Shown here one piece after another: positions 1 through 15,589 of a stretch of DNA of 64,000 nt (the first letter of the stretch is position 1; every line of letters starts with the position of its first letter). Origin of the DNA: Octopus vulgaris (Eukaryota); NCBI GenBank assembly GCA_951406725.2, contig OX597822.1:110360001-110424000 (forward strand). Direction: 5' to 3'. Below the pieces are notes generated by a model that was not told where the DNA came from, ran no database searches, and saw only the letters and a list, made by a program, of their open reading frames with translations. A program made the position numbers and the translations under genes.

Positions 1-880
1 TCCATAGAAGAAGTTAAAAACTTTTGGAAAAATATTTGGAGTGATGAAAAATCATACGATGAAAACATGCAGACTGGATTAGACGCAGAGAAAGACTCTA
101 CTAAACATTAAGCAGAACAAGTATAGGAATACATCACAACAACTGATCAAAAGATGACTCTCTCGCAGGCTCATAAGTGGAAATCATCTGGTAACTTCTG
201 GTTCACATCGCTCGCGTGCGCAGATGGAAAGTTGTTCAATGAAATTATGAGAGATTCTAAGAAAACATCTGATTTGTTAGCAAGTGATATTCCTTACCTA
301 CTTACAAAGAATAACGAAACCAAATTTCTTCAAAACTATCGGCCTGTAACCTGTCTATCTACCTAGTATTCAATTTTAACATTCATCCTAGGGGAGAAAA
401 CACATGCAGTTGAAACGGAACGATAATTTCTCAACTGAACAAAAAGGGTGCTGACGGGGCTCATTTGGGTGCAAAGATCAACTCCTAATAAATCGCCTGA
501 TACTTGGTATCTGTTATAACAAACGCAGGAATCTCAATTCCGCATGGATTGATTATAAAACGGCCTTTGACAGCATACCTCTTTCATGGATCTTGAAATC
601 GCTGGATATCTTCGAAATTTCTCATGTGATTTCAAACTTTCTCAAGTACATATCAGTGTTGAATATGAATCTCTAATTATACCACACTAAGGGAGTTCTG
701 ACTGAAATCAATATTAATATCAACTGTGGCATTCACTGATGACATCGGGATGGAATTTGGTCTTGATAAATTTGTTAAGGCCACTCTCCAGAAAGGGAAA
801 TTGAAAACCTCATATTCAGTGGTGTTAGATGATGACACAGTTATAAGAGAACTTGAGCAGGAACAAACTTACAAATACCT
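1..880 (+). mobile_element. Decayed R4/Dong-clade non-LTR retrotransposon RT fragment (internally deleted)
   Basis: Interrupted translation gives FWKNIWS, HKWKSSG, QNYRPVTCLST, EQKGC, GCKDQLLIN, AWIDYKTAFDSIP, FTDDIGMEFGLDK, typical of R4/Dong RT; stops and frameshifts present. Confidence 0.8.
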
Positions 881-882
881 AT

Positions 883-935
<53 letters not shown>

Positions 936-970
936 GTACTAGTACTACAACAACAACAACAACAACAACA

Positions 971-1024
<54 letters not shown>
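881..1024. repeat. (TAC)n/(CAA)n trinucleotide microsatellite
   Basis: Direct reading; explains the poly-L/Q/V ORFs. Confidence 0.97.
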
Positions 1025-2149
1025 GTACGATCAGTCGATACAGTTTCCATGAGACTGGAAAGATCGGTGAAGATGAGGATTGAAGTCAATATAACATTAC
1101 ACAAGAAGTTTGTTCATTAGGGCCAGGGAGAATCGTAAGAAAGTTCATATGTATCTGAATTCAGAGGAAGAGGCTTGGTACCAAGTAAGTGCACAAGTTA
1201 AGTCACATATGCAAAACTGTATTTAAAAAAAGACAATAATTAATGATGATGATGATGACGGCGACGACAATGATGACGACAATGATGATGAGGATAAACA
1301 TAATTTAAATCTCCGCTGAGAATTGATAAAGTAAAAGTAATAAAACATCATGCCGTAAAAAAAATAATCTTTCCAGCATCGATGACATATCTTATAAAAA
1401 CACCTAAAATTTCTGTTTTGATTAACTGTTTATTTTAGATCTAAGGAAATTGATATAACATATAAAAATAAAGTTTTGACAAATCTGTCGAGAATATATA
1501 GAAGGAAAAGCAGTTATGGTTTTCTAAAAAGATATATACATATTTGAAACACTGTAGACATGATTGCAGATGTTGAACTACTGCTAAAATACCTGGAACA
1601 TTATTGATCTGCTAGAATAATATTGATATATACTTAGAGAACCATCATGAACTACATGTGGAACAAGTTTGTCCAATCACCAACATTCATGTATTGATAA
1701 TTTTTCTTTGCATCCCATTTCTTACTTTGGCAATGATCGTTGATTCTGTGAACTAGATGATGACACTCTACCGTCTACTCAGCCCATTCAATACCCCGTC
1801 CGACATACTCTCATTATGCTGATTGCCTTTCAGCCCGGATCTTAAACTGAACACGAAGCTAATTTCTTTTCCCACCAAAGTAAGCATCTTTTATTCCATC
1901 GTTGCCTATGATTTTTCTACAGACATCGAGTTTACATATTCAAATTGAATATGAACAACATTTTCAGTAATTAGAGAGTGCCCCTCTTTCTCCGAAATAT
2001 TCAAGTACGTATAAAAAAGTATAAAACAGAATCATAGCCTGGCTAATGACGATTTAAAAGTGCACATGAAAAGAAAAAAACAGCCTCATCTAATAATAAC
2101 TATCGACATTACGTTAGAGATATTATGCTCGCGTGAAGGAGAGGCCAAA

Positions 2150-2300
2150 TCGATTACATCGACCCAGTACTTATTTTATCGCTTCCGAAAGGAGATAGGC
2201 AAAGTCGACCTCGGCAGAATTTGAACTCAAAACGCAAAGACAGACGGACTGCCGAAAAACATCTCGTCCGGCGTGCTAACGATCCAGCCAGTTCGCTACC
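2150..2300 (-). mobile_element. SINE family A (Meta-domain), degenerate
   Basis: Reverse match to the head/core gagttcaaattc..ccgaggtcgactttgcct. Confidence 0.8.
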
Positions 2301-3344
2301 AACAGGACAAGAAATATTGATTTTCAAGATGAAGAAAGGCCACAGATCTAGCTGATATTTGATCAATACTTATTTTATCGATCCAGAAGGATTTCGACAA
2401 GTTTAAACTTGGAGCATAAAAAGGATATATATAATTAATGTATATAATTAGCAAAAATAATGACAATACATTATTTATAAGGAGGTGAGATTACAAGGAA
2501 CAACATTTAGTGCCACCTCACTCTAGTACAGATTGATGGAAAAATATCTAACAAAGTCTATCGTTCTGAGGAGACCAGGTATTAGAACATATTATTCACA
2601 GCGTCGAGTTGTTGACAACATTAGCAAGTGACACAAAACTAGTGTATTTTCCAGGGATATATATATATATATATATAGACATCTAAGATAAAAGACTTGA
2701 TTATTATGGAATTCATTCCAATATCCTAAGATCGATAATTTTAGAATGAGTAATAATCGGGTTCTCCTTCTGTGCACCCAAGAACCTTATAATGAATGGA
2801 TACCAGTTAAGATAATAAAGATATGTTTGGTATTAGCAAGGTAATAAGGTGCCTTGTGCACGGGTATACACTCCCCTACTATCTTATTTCGTCCCATAGT
2901 TTGACCATGATGGATTGGCATTTCTTATTGAAAGCAATATGACTAATGACAAACAAATACTCCTTTTGTTGATAGACAGAATGGAATCAAAATATCTTTG
3001 AATAGAATGGCAGTCCCGTGGGGAATGAAATTTTCTGTTCGCATAAGCAATTAGAGAAATTTGTTAGAACAATTAATGAGAGGTTGATAATTATACATTA
3101 CATTGTTGTTTAATTATTTAGTTAACTTTATGACAGGCGCCATAGTTATATTCGTTGTTACCGATCCCTCATACATAGGAGTTTTACACGATATATCTTC
3201 TAATTTATCTACCCTCTAACTATCCAAAGTGTTTGTGATTTAGAAGAAATATGTTTAGAAAGAAATATTAATTCAGCTTTGTTGGCGGTACACAATAAAA
3301 TATCAAGTTTTAAACCCGATAGTAAGAAAGAAACCGAATATTTG

Positions 3345-3546
3345 TTTCTTCATTACCCATAGAGGGGACAAAAAACGGATTAAGTCGATTACATCGACCC
3401 CAGTACGTAACTGGTACTTAATTTGTCGACCCCGAAAGGATGAAAGACAAAGTCGACCTCGGCGGAATTTGAACTCAGAACGTAACGGCAGACGAAATAC
3501 GGTTATGCATTTCGCCCGACGTGCTAACGGTTCTGCTAGCTCGCCG
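3345..3546 (-). mobile_element. SINE family A (tRNA-derived, Meta domain, Tx1-type tail)
   Basis: Reverse complement of the consensus; ccgaatat on both flanks. Confidence 0.9.
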
Positions 3547-5198
3547 AATATTATTAATGTTTATCTGTGTGTGTTTTAGTTTTCTAGATTATGGTATTTT
3601 GTCTCGCTTGGGAATTATTAAGTAGATAAGTGGTTGGGTGTAGTTCGTTCACGTCACTTGCTGCAAATGAGATAAATCTGGAGATAGGAAAGTTGTTTCT
3701 TTAATAAATGAAAGTATTCATGTTCTTGTATGTTTTGTACTGAATAATTTGACTATTTTCACAGCAATATACACGAGATTTAGTCGTATTATCATTTTAT
3801 TTATTTAGGTTCTTTGGAAACAATTCAATTGAAAGAAATTAATCTGAACCGAACTTTAAATACAGTTAACAGAATATTCACCCCCGCTTCTTTCGAACAT
3901 GTCATACCCTCAGTATTTTTATTTGAGAAATGTATTGATAAACCCGTGCGTGCTGATTGATTCGCTTATCATTGTTATGTCAATACCACTGGCAACGAGC
4001 CTGCAATTTCTTAAAGACAATTCCATCGTTTCAAATTAAGTGAATTTGGTTGTATTCCAAGTCGTATTTCTTGATGTTGACTTTTTTCTAAATAATGCAA
4101 CATTTCTACTATTTTCGTTAAATGCTTTGCCAACCAACTCTTACTTACAATTGGGTAAACTTTCTTCTACAAACTGTTCTCCGCATCAGACCGCACAATT
4201 AAGTTTTAACTCGTAGTTGAAGAGATGTTTCACTTTAATTAATGCATTCACAGCAGAAAATAAATTTCAACCAATAAATATTGAGAGTGACTTGATTTGT
4301 AAAGTGAAAGCAATATTTCCCAGGCTTTGGAAACGTAAAGGTTGTGAAATAATAATGATGTGTTAAATTGCAATACCGGACAGAATTCTGATCTTGTAAA
4401 GTATGCATTAAAGTATCGAGTTTTTCATTGAAATATAGATAAGATGTTATCTGTATCTTTTGACAAAAAACTATTAAAATAGTGAATACAAAATTATAAC
4501 ACCTAGAATATGACTGTTTTTGTTATATGTTATGGTTTAGTGAATTGTTTTTTTTATATATTATGGTTTAGTGAATTCTTTTCCTATGTGGGTTGTTACA
4601 CAGTTGATAATACCTAGGCAATAACCACTGGAAGTGATCAAGACCGGAAACCTAATATTCTGTATGGGAAGATGTATTATTGGAGAGGAATACGGCAATA
4701 TATTTCACAGGAAGTGAAACCCCCTAATTGCGGCATCTACTGCATTACTCTATTCGCAAACGGAATACTGTAGTGGGTGAAATAAACTTGTGTCAATTAA
4801 ATATCAAAATAAAACCCGGTGCTGTCTACACATTAAAAGCATACATTTTTGCCAAGATTGTAGTTTTTATTAACAAGTATATATATTGGGATACTTATAT
4901 TGGTTACTAAAAACTACAAACAATTTCACCATCATAGAGAGTATTGAACTATTAAAGGAGTCCACTATCAACCTGTTTCCTATTTATTCTGTTGAATCAA
5001 ACTCTTCTGTAGAGGAGAAAAATGATGCTCTTATTTTTGCATCAGAAATCTTCAGCAACACGATATATCATTTACATCTGTTTTATGAAACCTCGGAAAA
5101 CTTGTGTCTTATTGGTTCGTCATTTGCATTTAAGATATTTAGTTTGAATTGCTTTATAAATTGTGTACACTGGTCTATATATATCATTGTGTATTATA

Positions 5199-5596
5199 TC
5201 TTTATATATAAAAGTCAAGTCGTGTGTCTGTCTCCTACGATTTAGATTCCTAACTACTCCCACATTTTGCGATGCAGTTTAACCAAAATAGGGTATCTTA
5301 TAGTCGTGATTCATATCGAGCTCTCCTGGGTATTAGCGCGCGTCTACGATGAGTCTACGATTTTAAAAATAATTTACCATCATTTTTTTTCCATTTTAAT
5401 GCATTTCTTTCGCTATGATATAAGGGAAGTAACTCTCTAAAAATGTCTACGATGAGTCAACGATTTAAAAAAAATTTACCATCATTTTTTTTCCATTTTT
5501 AATGCATTTTTTTCTATTTTTTTGCTATAACTCTCTAAAAATGCTTATATAGTTATTTCCCTTACAAACCCGAGCAACGCCGGGCGATACTGCTAG
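5199..5596 (+). mobile_element. Non-autonomous Helitron
   Basis: 5' TC, 3' hairpin cccgagcaacgccggg followed by CTAG, inserted between A and T; near-identical copies at 17033 and 60391. Confidence 0.88.
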
Positions 5597-5799
5597 TAAT
5601 CTATAATAATAAATGAAACGCTTTTGCATATCGAATAAAATTTGCATGTTATTACATCCATTCTTCACTATCTATTAATCTCTATCAGAATGAAATGTTC
5701 TAATCCTTTTACAGTCATTCCGATCCCCCAAATGTCCTCTCTACTCATTTACTATCAACGCTTCTTTTCTTTTCATAGTCTTTGTTGATTAGTTTCTTC

Positions 5800-7590
5800 G
5801 TTCTCTATCATGTAATGGCATAAATGTTAGAAAATGAAGTTACTCAGCAAGAGAGATATGGGAATGTCTCTTCCAGTTCTAGTTTGATGTATCAAGTGTT
5901 AGTTTCGCCTGTTCCAATGCTCGCAGAATCTTAGTAATTAATGAAGATGATGGAGAATCAAAGAAAATCATTGCCGTCAAAATTTGTATTGGACAGGGTT
6001 ATTCACACAGTGCAAACAATCTTACGTTTAAAACATGGCGAATCATTTATAATTTACGAGGACATCCGTTGCTAATAAAATTTATTGTTTCTTTATATGC
6101 TTCGATTTAAGACAGATAACTGGCAGGAACTCAAGTGAAATTTATGACAAATGGCGACTACAGCGAATTAGATATATGTAATATATATTTAATTCATGAC
6201 GAAAGTGCTTCAAAGTATAGACACTCCGCTACATCCTCCTGTCGAAATGTCTTGTCTTTTGCTTAAATAAAAATCCCATTGTGAATCAAGTACATTCAAG
6301 TCTATGGAAGACGTAACTATTAACTTATATGCACAGAAATGTTCAGTTTCAATAGTTACACAACAATAAAAATGTACCGACATTGACGTATTACGGAAAC
6401 TCTGGTTACGGGATTCTGTATTGATTGAAATTGCAAAGAATGACTACAAATTTCGGAGTAAAAACCTGCAATCCCACTCTTACATAACTCGAATGAATAT
6501 AAATAAAATTAAAAACTAAAATATCCATATATATAATTTCCGAACCGTAGCTTTGAGAATCCGTCGGCAGAAACGTTAGCACGCCGGACGAAATGCTTAG
6601 CGGTATTTCGTCTGCCGTTACGTTCTGAGTTCAAATTCCGCCGAGGTCGACTTTGCCTTTCATCCTTTCGGGATCGATTAAATAAGTACCAGTTACGCAC
6701 TGGGTCGATATAATCGACTTAATCCGTTTGTCTCTCTTTGTTTGTCCTCTGTGTTTAACCCCTTGTGGGTAGTAAAGAAATAGGTAATTCCTCTGCCGCT
6801 ACGTTCTGAGTTCAAATTCCGCCGACGTCGACTTTGCTTTTCATCCTTTCGGGATCGATTAAATAAGTACCAGTTACGCACTGGGGTCGATATAATCAAC
6901 TTAATCCGTTTGTCTGTCCTTGTTTGTCCCCTCTATATTTAGCCCCTTGTGGGCAATAAAGAAATATATGAGAATCCGTCCACATAACTTTGCTATAAGT
7001 GTTGTGGAGCCTTTTCTTTTGGATTTCAAGTCTGATTATAAATGTATGGGTGAACTTGTTTTTGGTGTGCATATTCCACTAATCTAATGGTGCATTATTT
7101 ACTTACTAAAGTATATTTTATATGTAAGAGTTACATATTTGGTGGTAATTCGTTGATGAAAATTCAAAGGCTCATAAAAATGATGTAATATATTTTTACT
7201 ATCAGAAAAAGTTAATAAATACTCAGACAGAATATCTAAATTAATTAGAAAACCTAGCAGAGTTAATCGCTGAATACATTTCTAATCCAGCGGTGTAGAT
7301 AAATAAAGAAAGAAATAAAGAAATTAGTATTTCCAAGCTTCTTTGCGAAACTACTTAAAGCACGTGAAAGCACAACATTCAGCCATTTTGTACAATGAAG
7401 ATTGAGTTAAGAGAGATTAGAAAAATTAGTGAAATAATGGATTTAGGAATGCTAATCTCTCGTCTTTAGCAGAAAGGATTAATCATGAAATACGCGAAAA
7501 AGGAAACCTTAATAAAAATATCAAATTAAAATTACTCGTATCTTTATCTTGCTGGAATTAAGCTTCAAAGGAAGCTGTTTCCAAACTATA
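5800..7590 (+). pseudogene. Decayed LRR ectodomain relic 2 (TLR-like, 5' part)
   Basis: LENLAEL (~7234), MDL/RNANLSSL (~7437), YLYLAG followed by SFKGSC in another frame (~7539, start of an LRRCT-like motif); 5' boundary uncertain. Confidence 0.38.
6566..6965 (+). mobile_element. SINE family A dimer (head + 2 body/tail units)
   Basis: Second unit restarts at ggtaattcctctgcc (variant of ggtatttcgtctgcc); whole flanked by TSD tgagaatccgtc. Confidence 0.93.
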
Positions 7591-7829
7591 CATATGTACA
7601 CACATGGACATACACATACACACACACGCTTACACATATATATACGTGCATACATTTATATATACATATATGCATATATGAATATATATACACATATGTA
7701 AGTATATATGTACACAGACGCATACTCAGTCCGAAGGAAGGACAAGTGACCATATATTTTGCAGCCCCACCCAGAGCGTTTAGATTGATGCCATTTATTT
7801 TCTCTGGAATCTTTGTAAGTCAACAACTG

Positions 7830-8190
7830 AAAGATATGGAAGGAATTCTAAAGGATTGACACTCTGGAAATGAAGGACTGAGTATAATGATGTGGTGTCT
7901 GTGGTATTGATCATTTCAAAGGGATGAGAGAAGGATAGATGAGTAAGAGCGGGAAAAATCTTTGAGAGTCGGTGTCAAGAACTCAGTCAGCTCAAAAGAG
8001 CAGAGGCCACTCAAGAAGGCAATTAAACTGGCGCTAGAAAGTGCTGAGAAAGGAGACAGTATGCTTGTGAGCCAGAGTCTTTGAATGTGCGCCGCTCTTC
8101 TGGATGTAGTCCCGGACGTTAGTGTGCACAGCAGCAACACCGTCCCGGATGTGCCAGTAATGCTCCATTCTGTACCTCACCTAAGCTTTG
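7830..8190 (+). mobile_element. Possible decayed 3' end of an RLE-type (HERO/NeSL-like) retrotransposon
   Basis: SIMMW, VG.., KKAIKLALESAEKG resemble the RLE C-terminus EVGCRG...AIK..SEAAEK.S.WLW; very degenerate. Confidence 0.3.
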
Positions 8191-8419
8191 TAAAGTATTA
8201 ATAATATACTGGAGTTTTAATTTTCTTCTCATTCTAAAGAGATCGTTCGGTCGTTGGGAGGCGATGTTACCCACTGAGGAATATTCGCCTGAAGAAATCC
8301 TAGTTGATTGCCGAAACAGACAAGATAAGCATATCAACTTTTGAGTGCATTCCAAGTATCTGTCTGTTTATGAAGTCAATGTGTGTTAGAATACTAGTGC
8401 TGTCTTACTGGAAAGTTGA

Positions 8420-11212
8420 AATATATATACATACATATATCCATCCATCCATCCATCCACCCATCCATCCATCCATACATAATACATACATACATACATA
8501 CATACATACACACATACATACATACATACATACACACACACATACATACATACATACAAGCATACATACATAAATACATACATACATACAAGCATACATA
8601 CATACATACATACAAGCATACATACATACATACATACATACACATACATACATACATACATACATACATACATACATACATACATACAAGCATACATACA
8701 TACATACATACACACATACATACATACATACATACATACACAGACATACATACATACATACACACATACACACATACATACATACATACATACATACATA
8801 CATACATACATACATACATACATACATACATACATACACACATACACACATACATACATACACACACATACACACATACATACATACATACATACATACA
8901 TACATACATACATACATACATACATACATACATACATACATACACATACATACATACATACATACATACATACATACATACATACATACATACACACATA
9001 CATACATACATACACACATACATACATACATACATACATACATACATACACACATACATACATACATACATACATACATACATACATACATACATACATA
9101 CATACATACATACATACATACATACATACATACATACATACATACATACATACACACATACATACATACATACATACATATACATACATACATACATACA
9201 TACATATACATACATACATACATACATACATACATACACACATACATACATACATACATACATACACACATACATACATACACACATACATACATACATA
9301 CATACATACATACATACATACATACATACATACATACACACATACATACATACATACATACATACATACACACATACATACATACATACATACACACATA
9401 CATACATACATACATACATACATACATACATACATACATACATACATACATACATACATACATACATACATACATACATACATACATACATACATACATA
9501 CATACATACATACATACATACATACATGTATACATCCATCCATACATACATACATACATGCATACATACATACATACATACATACATACATACATACATG
9601 CATACATACATACATACATGCATACATCCATCCATCCATACATACATACATACATACATGCATACATACATGCACACATACATACATACATACACACATA
9701 CATACATACATACATACATACATACATAAATACATACATACATACATACATACATACATACATACATACATACATACATACATACATACACACATACATA
9801 CATACATACATACATACACACACATACATACATACATACATACATACATACATAAATACATACATACATACATACATACATACATACATACATACACACA
9901 TACATACATACATACATACACACATACATACATACATACATACATACAAACATAAATACATACATACATACATACAAGCATACATACATAAATACATACA
10001 TACATACATGCATACATACATACATACATACACACACACGTACATACATACATACACACACACACATACATACATACATACATACATACATACATACATA
10101 CATACATACACACATACATACATACATACATACACACAAACATACATACATACATACATACATACATACATACATACATACATACATACATACATACATA
10201 CATACATACATACATACATACATACATACATACATACATACATACATACATACATACATACATACATACATACATACATACACATACATACATACATACA
10301 TACATACATACATACATACATACATACATACATACATACATACATACATACATACATACATACATACATACATACATACATACATACATACATACATACA
10401 TACATACATACATACATACATACATACATACATACATACATACATACATACATACATACATACATACATACATACATACATACATACATACATACATACA
10501 TACATACATACATACATACATACATACATACATACATACATACATACATACATACATACATACATACATACATACATACATACACATACATACATACATA
10601 CATACATACATACATACATACATACATACATACATACATACATACATACATACATACATACATACATACATACATACATACATACATACATACATACATA
10701 CATACATACATACATACATACATACATACATGCATACATCCATCCATACATGCATACATCCATCCATCCATACATACATACATACATACATACACATAGA
10801 TACATACATACATACATATATACATACACATACATACATACATACATACAAGCATACATACATACATACATACATACATACATACATACATACATACACA
10901 CATACACACATACATACATGCATACATACATACATACATGCATACATACATACATACATACATACATACATACACACATACATACATACATACACACATA
11001 CATACATACATACATACAAGCATACATACATAAATACATACATACATACATACATGCATACATACATACATACATACATACATACACATACATACATACA
11101 TACATACATGCATACATACATACATACATACATACATACGCACATACATACATACATACATACATACATACATACATACATACATACATACACACATACA
11201 CACATACATACG
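8420..11212. repeat. ~2.8 kb (CATA)n tetranucleotide tract with CA/CATC/CATG variants
   Basis: Direct reading; source of the MYVC/HTYI pseudo-ORFs. Confidence 0.99.
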
Positions 11213-11299
11213 TCCGGGATACAAATAATTTTCACATCAACAGCGACGTAGATCGCCGCTAATTAAAACGAAAACAAGAAGACAGAGCTTAACATCGAT

Positions 11300-12045
11300 T
11301 CAGATTCTAATGCAAAGTATCATCAGATAAAAATATGGCTGCATATTAACAGAAGTCTGTACCTGGATATGTTAGCGGAGAGCTAAAGGATGAACTTTCT
11401 GCTATCATATCCATGTCATCAAAGCAGTCTATCATGGACCAACAACTAGATTACAAACTCTCATTTTGAAGGGTGTGTGTGTGCAATCCAGGAATAAGAA
11501 CAACAACCGAATACCTGATGCAGAAAGGGGCAGAGACGTAAGAAAACATTAAAATGTGATAACCGGTGCCAACTTTATGAAGTTACCACCGAAAATATCA
11601 CCCCGTCATCATAAGTAGTTGTCCAAAAGTGTCATTGCGTTATTATCTACCGATGAGACATGATATTGTAGGCGAGACACTGTATAAGATTCGTTGGAAG
11701 GCCAAACGCATAAGAATCTACAGTATGGTAGAGGCTAAAGCCAGTCATAATATGAAAGAGTACTAGTGGAATATACTAGTGAAACTGTGAATAAAATGTA
11801 AACGTAATAGCTCAGACAGTGATTTGTGACAGAGAATAGAAACTATGTAGAGTATTGGAAAACAGCACCTACGTTGAACTATTGAGATGTTTACAACTAT
11901 TCCACACGGATTACAAGTTCAGGTTTATACCTGTAATTATTGGGGTACTGACATATGTAACAAACAGCCTAAGCATCAATCTTGAGAAATTAATCTTCTT
12001 GAAACCAGGAACTGTCAAAATTTGTAAAACTCCAGAAGTTTAGTA
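11300..12045 (+). mobile_element. Decayed R4/Dong 3' region (zinc finger + restriction-like endonuclease)
   Basis: AIQE, ENIT.VISSCPK, YYLPMRHDIV, Y*WN, ENSTYVELLRCLQL..DYKFRFIPVIIG, GTVKICKT. Confidence 0.72.
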
Positions 12046-12099
12046 TTTAATTATGACGGCGCATTCGGTCAGTAGAGTCTTAGCATTTTTTTTTTCTTC

Positions 12100-13295
12100 T
12101 TAGGTGAAGGAACGGAGCTGGGGACGATAGCGTATCGCGTGTTTGCCTACGAAAATTACATGAAGAATGACCAGTCTGTCAGGATAGTTCAACATGAGTT
12201 TCGGTGACACTACAACATTCACCGAAATCAGGCTGTTCCCACTCGTTGGGTGAATGCACTTCGTATACGAGGTACACTAGTGAATAGGAAACCGGTAGGG
12301 GTACCACGAATGGGACGGGCCCCGGAATATGTGGGACGCATCAGACACGCTTTGACACGGAGTCCGAATCGTTCTGCTCGTAGGTGTTCCACTGAACTTG
12401 GCATCGGTTCTTGATCGGTCAGGCGTGTTTTGCATGAAGAACTGCATTTCTACTCGTACAAATTGGTCATTGGGCAAGAATTGAAAGTAAGGGACTATGC
12501 ACAGCGGTCTAATTTCGCACGTCAGATGGAAGCAATTTTAGAGGCAAATGACAAATATATATTTTGTCAATGAATGATGGAGCTCATTTTCATCTCAATG
12601 GCATGGTGAAGCAATAGAACTGTTGTTATCGGGCTCTTGAAAATCCTAAAGAAATGCACGGAAGACCGCTGCACAGCCCAAAAGTCTGGTGTGCTGTTGG
12701 AAAGGCTTCTGTCATTGGTCCTTAATTTTTGGAAGACAATAATGGAAATGCTGTTACTGTGAATTCTGAGCGTTACATCGAGATAATAAACAACTTGTGA
12801 ATTACAACGAAAACGTATGCCTGTTCCACATGTGTGGTTTCATTAGGATGGGACGACGACGGCCCACATAGCTAGAGCATCAATGGACGATCTTCGCCCT
12901 CTCTTCGGTGACCGCCTCATTTTCAGGTTTGCTGATATTCTTTGGCCCCTGAGATCCCATGATTGTCCATGTGTGATTATTTATTGTGGGGGGAAAACCT
13001 CAAGGTACATGTGTATGCGCTTAAGCCCCGTACATTGGACGATTCGAAGGAAGCTTTTCGCGTGGGTGTCACCCAGATCGACATAGCACTGCTGGAGAGA
13101 GTGGAGGCCGACTTCCAAGTGCGTCTTCACAAATGCATCAATGAGAACGGACACCACATGATGGATGTTGTTTTCCACAATTGATTTTGACAATGCTCAT
13201 TCAATACGAACATCTTGATGTCAATGAAAATTGTTTTCAGCTAAAAGTAATGATGTGAAATTTTCAAAATCTTCCGTTCTCTCTGCTCCACCCTG
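12100..13295 (+). mobile_element. Decayed IS630/Tc1/mariner transposon (DUF4817-type N-terminus), left end missing
   Basis: VQHEFR.HYNI, DGAHFHLNG, RPLHSPK, VTVNSERY, WFH*DGT.AH.ARAS, WPLRS.D.SMCDY; ends in a TIR-like ..ctctgctccaccctg followed by TA. Confidence 0.85.
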
Positions 13296-14271
13296 TACAC
13301 ACATACATACATACATACATACATACATACATACATACATAAATAAATACATACATACATACATACATACATACACACATACATACATACATACATACAC
13401 ACATACATACATACATACATACATACATAAATAAATACATACATACATACATACATACACACATACATACATACATACATACATACATACATACACACAT
13501 ACATACATACATACATACATACATACATACATACATACACACTTACATACATACATACACACATACATACATGCATACATGCATATATACATACATACAT
13601 ACATACATAAATAAATAAATACATACATACATACATACATACATACACACATACATACATACATACACACATACATACATACATACATACATACATACAT
13701 ACATACACATTTACATACATACATACACACATACATACATGCATACATGCATATATACATACATATATACATACATACACACATACACACATACATATAT
13801 ACATACATAAATACATACATACATGCATACATACATACATACAAATAGATACATACATACATACACGCATACATATATGCATACACACATACATACATAT
13901 ACAAACAGACAAGTGAGTGTGATGTTGGGTGCAACATGGGTGACAAGAGAGGGAGAGACGTGCGTGTGTGTGTATATATATACGTGTGCGTGTGTGTGTT
14001 TGCGTGCTTGTGTATATTGACAAATGCAGGTATATAAAAAAACACACAGCATTCATTCTTGATTTCTTAAAATTATTTCTACGTTATATATATATATATA
14101 TTCTTTTACTCTTTTACTCATTTCAGCCATGCGGCCGTGGTCATGCTACAGCACCACCATGGTCGTTCTGTTTTCCTCAGTCTGTGTGTTTCACATCACT
14201 CTGGTGTGTACCTTTGTCCCAGCTGCTGGTACACACACACACACACATACACACACACACACACAAACACG

Positions 14272-14329
<58 letters not shown>

Positions 14330-14365
14330 TGTGTGTGTGTATATTCACATGTATATATCTATTCA

Positions 14366-14416
<51 letters not shown>
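13296..14416. repeat. Compound (CATA)n, (CA)n, (TA)n microsatellites
   Basis: Direct reading. Confidence 0.95.
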
Positions 14417-14421
<5 letters not shown>

Positions 14422-14619
14422 CTCCAAACATGAAAGCACAAAAAACACAACAACGCGAGGACGTGCAACAAATATAGTATTATTGGACCCTCAGGTAAGA
14501 AGGAAAGAAGGAGGGCTTAACGTTTCGAGCGGAGCTCTTCGTCGGAAATATAGGAGAAGGAAAGATTCAGAGAAGGGAAGACAGGGGAAAAAAATCGACA
14601 ACGGTACACACGCGGTCAC

Positions 14620-14620
<1 letters not shown>
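14417..14620 (-). mobile_element. Short interspersed element with hammerhead-like core (Penelope pLTR-like)
   Basis: Minus strand ccgacga-a-gagc-tcc-gctc-gaaacgtt; a partial copy in the opposite orientation lies at ~23430-23530; embedded in (TA)n. Confidence 0.6.
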
Positions 14621-14655
<35 letters not shown>

Positions 14656-14990
14656 ATGTGTGTGTGTGTGTGTATGTATGTGTGTATGTGTGTGTAGGTG
14701 TGTGTGTGCGTGTGTCTGTGTCTGTGTGTAGAAATCATAGTAGTAGAATACAGTGAACGCTGCATTCAAAAATTTGTTGTTTTTTTGAATTTGAAGAAAA
14801 TAGCAAAAAATTTGGAGCAATGTTTACCGATGCACAAAGTCAAAGATGATTGTAGAAACTCAAGAATTAGTTTAAATTAAGTAACCAATTTGGAAAATTA
14901 AATTAAACTTTGTTTTCATGCAGGTTATGTCTACGAGTACGAGTTTCAGATGGAATTTGTCTGCATAGTTGAGAATCTAATGAACGGATA

Positions 14991-15026
<36 letters not shown>

Positions 15027-15060
15027 TGTATGTATGTATGTATGTATGTATGTATGTATG

Positions 15061-15133
<73 letters not shown>

Positions 15134-15378
15134 AACGCACACATATATTCATTTATATATATATATATATATATGTTTTTGCATTCATGTTTGTTTTTTC
15201 ATATGTATATGTATACATATATTCATATACTTAGTATATAAATAGGTATATACATAAATATATCTATGTACTCATGCTATACACACATATACACACATAT
15301 ATATTTATACACACGTACTACACTACATGCACGCACTCGTAGAAACACACACACACTTACACACACACATACACAAAG

Positions 15379-15410
<32 letters not shown>

Positions 15411-15500
15411 GTGTGTGTGTATGTGTGTGTTGTGTGTGTGTGTGTGTCTGTGTGTGTGTGTGTGTATGAATATATTTGTGCATGTAGATAAATATATATA
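14620..15500. repeat. (TA)n/(TG)n/(TATG)n microsatellite cluster
   Basis: Direct reading. Confidence 0.93.
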
Positions 15501-15589
15501 CACATAACTGCAGGTCTATATATCTGTTATCGTATATGTGTATACGCGTGTGCATATAAATTGTTTGTGTACGCCAATGCCTGGCTTCC

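Larger units (their letters stand above)
1380..4950 (+). pseudogene. Highly decayed LRR/TIR (Toll-like receptor-like) relic 1
   Basis: Frame-broken peptides in TLR order: ILDLR/DITYKNKVLTNLSR (~1432), CDLEEICLERNINSALLAVHNKISSFKP (~3234), SLETIQLKEINL (~3811), EYD/VFVICY (4506, TIR box1-like), FCMGRCIIGEEYGNI (~4658). Confidence 0.4.

Noticed and set aside
726-1104. Poly-Leu/Gln/Val membrane protein ORFs
   Set aside because: Read-through from the LINE relic into a trinucleotide microsatellite.
8386-11262. 900+ aa ORFs (MYVC/HTYI repeats)
   Set aside because: Translation of (CATA)n, which lacks stops in most frames; no coding signal.
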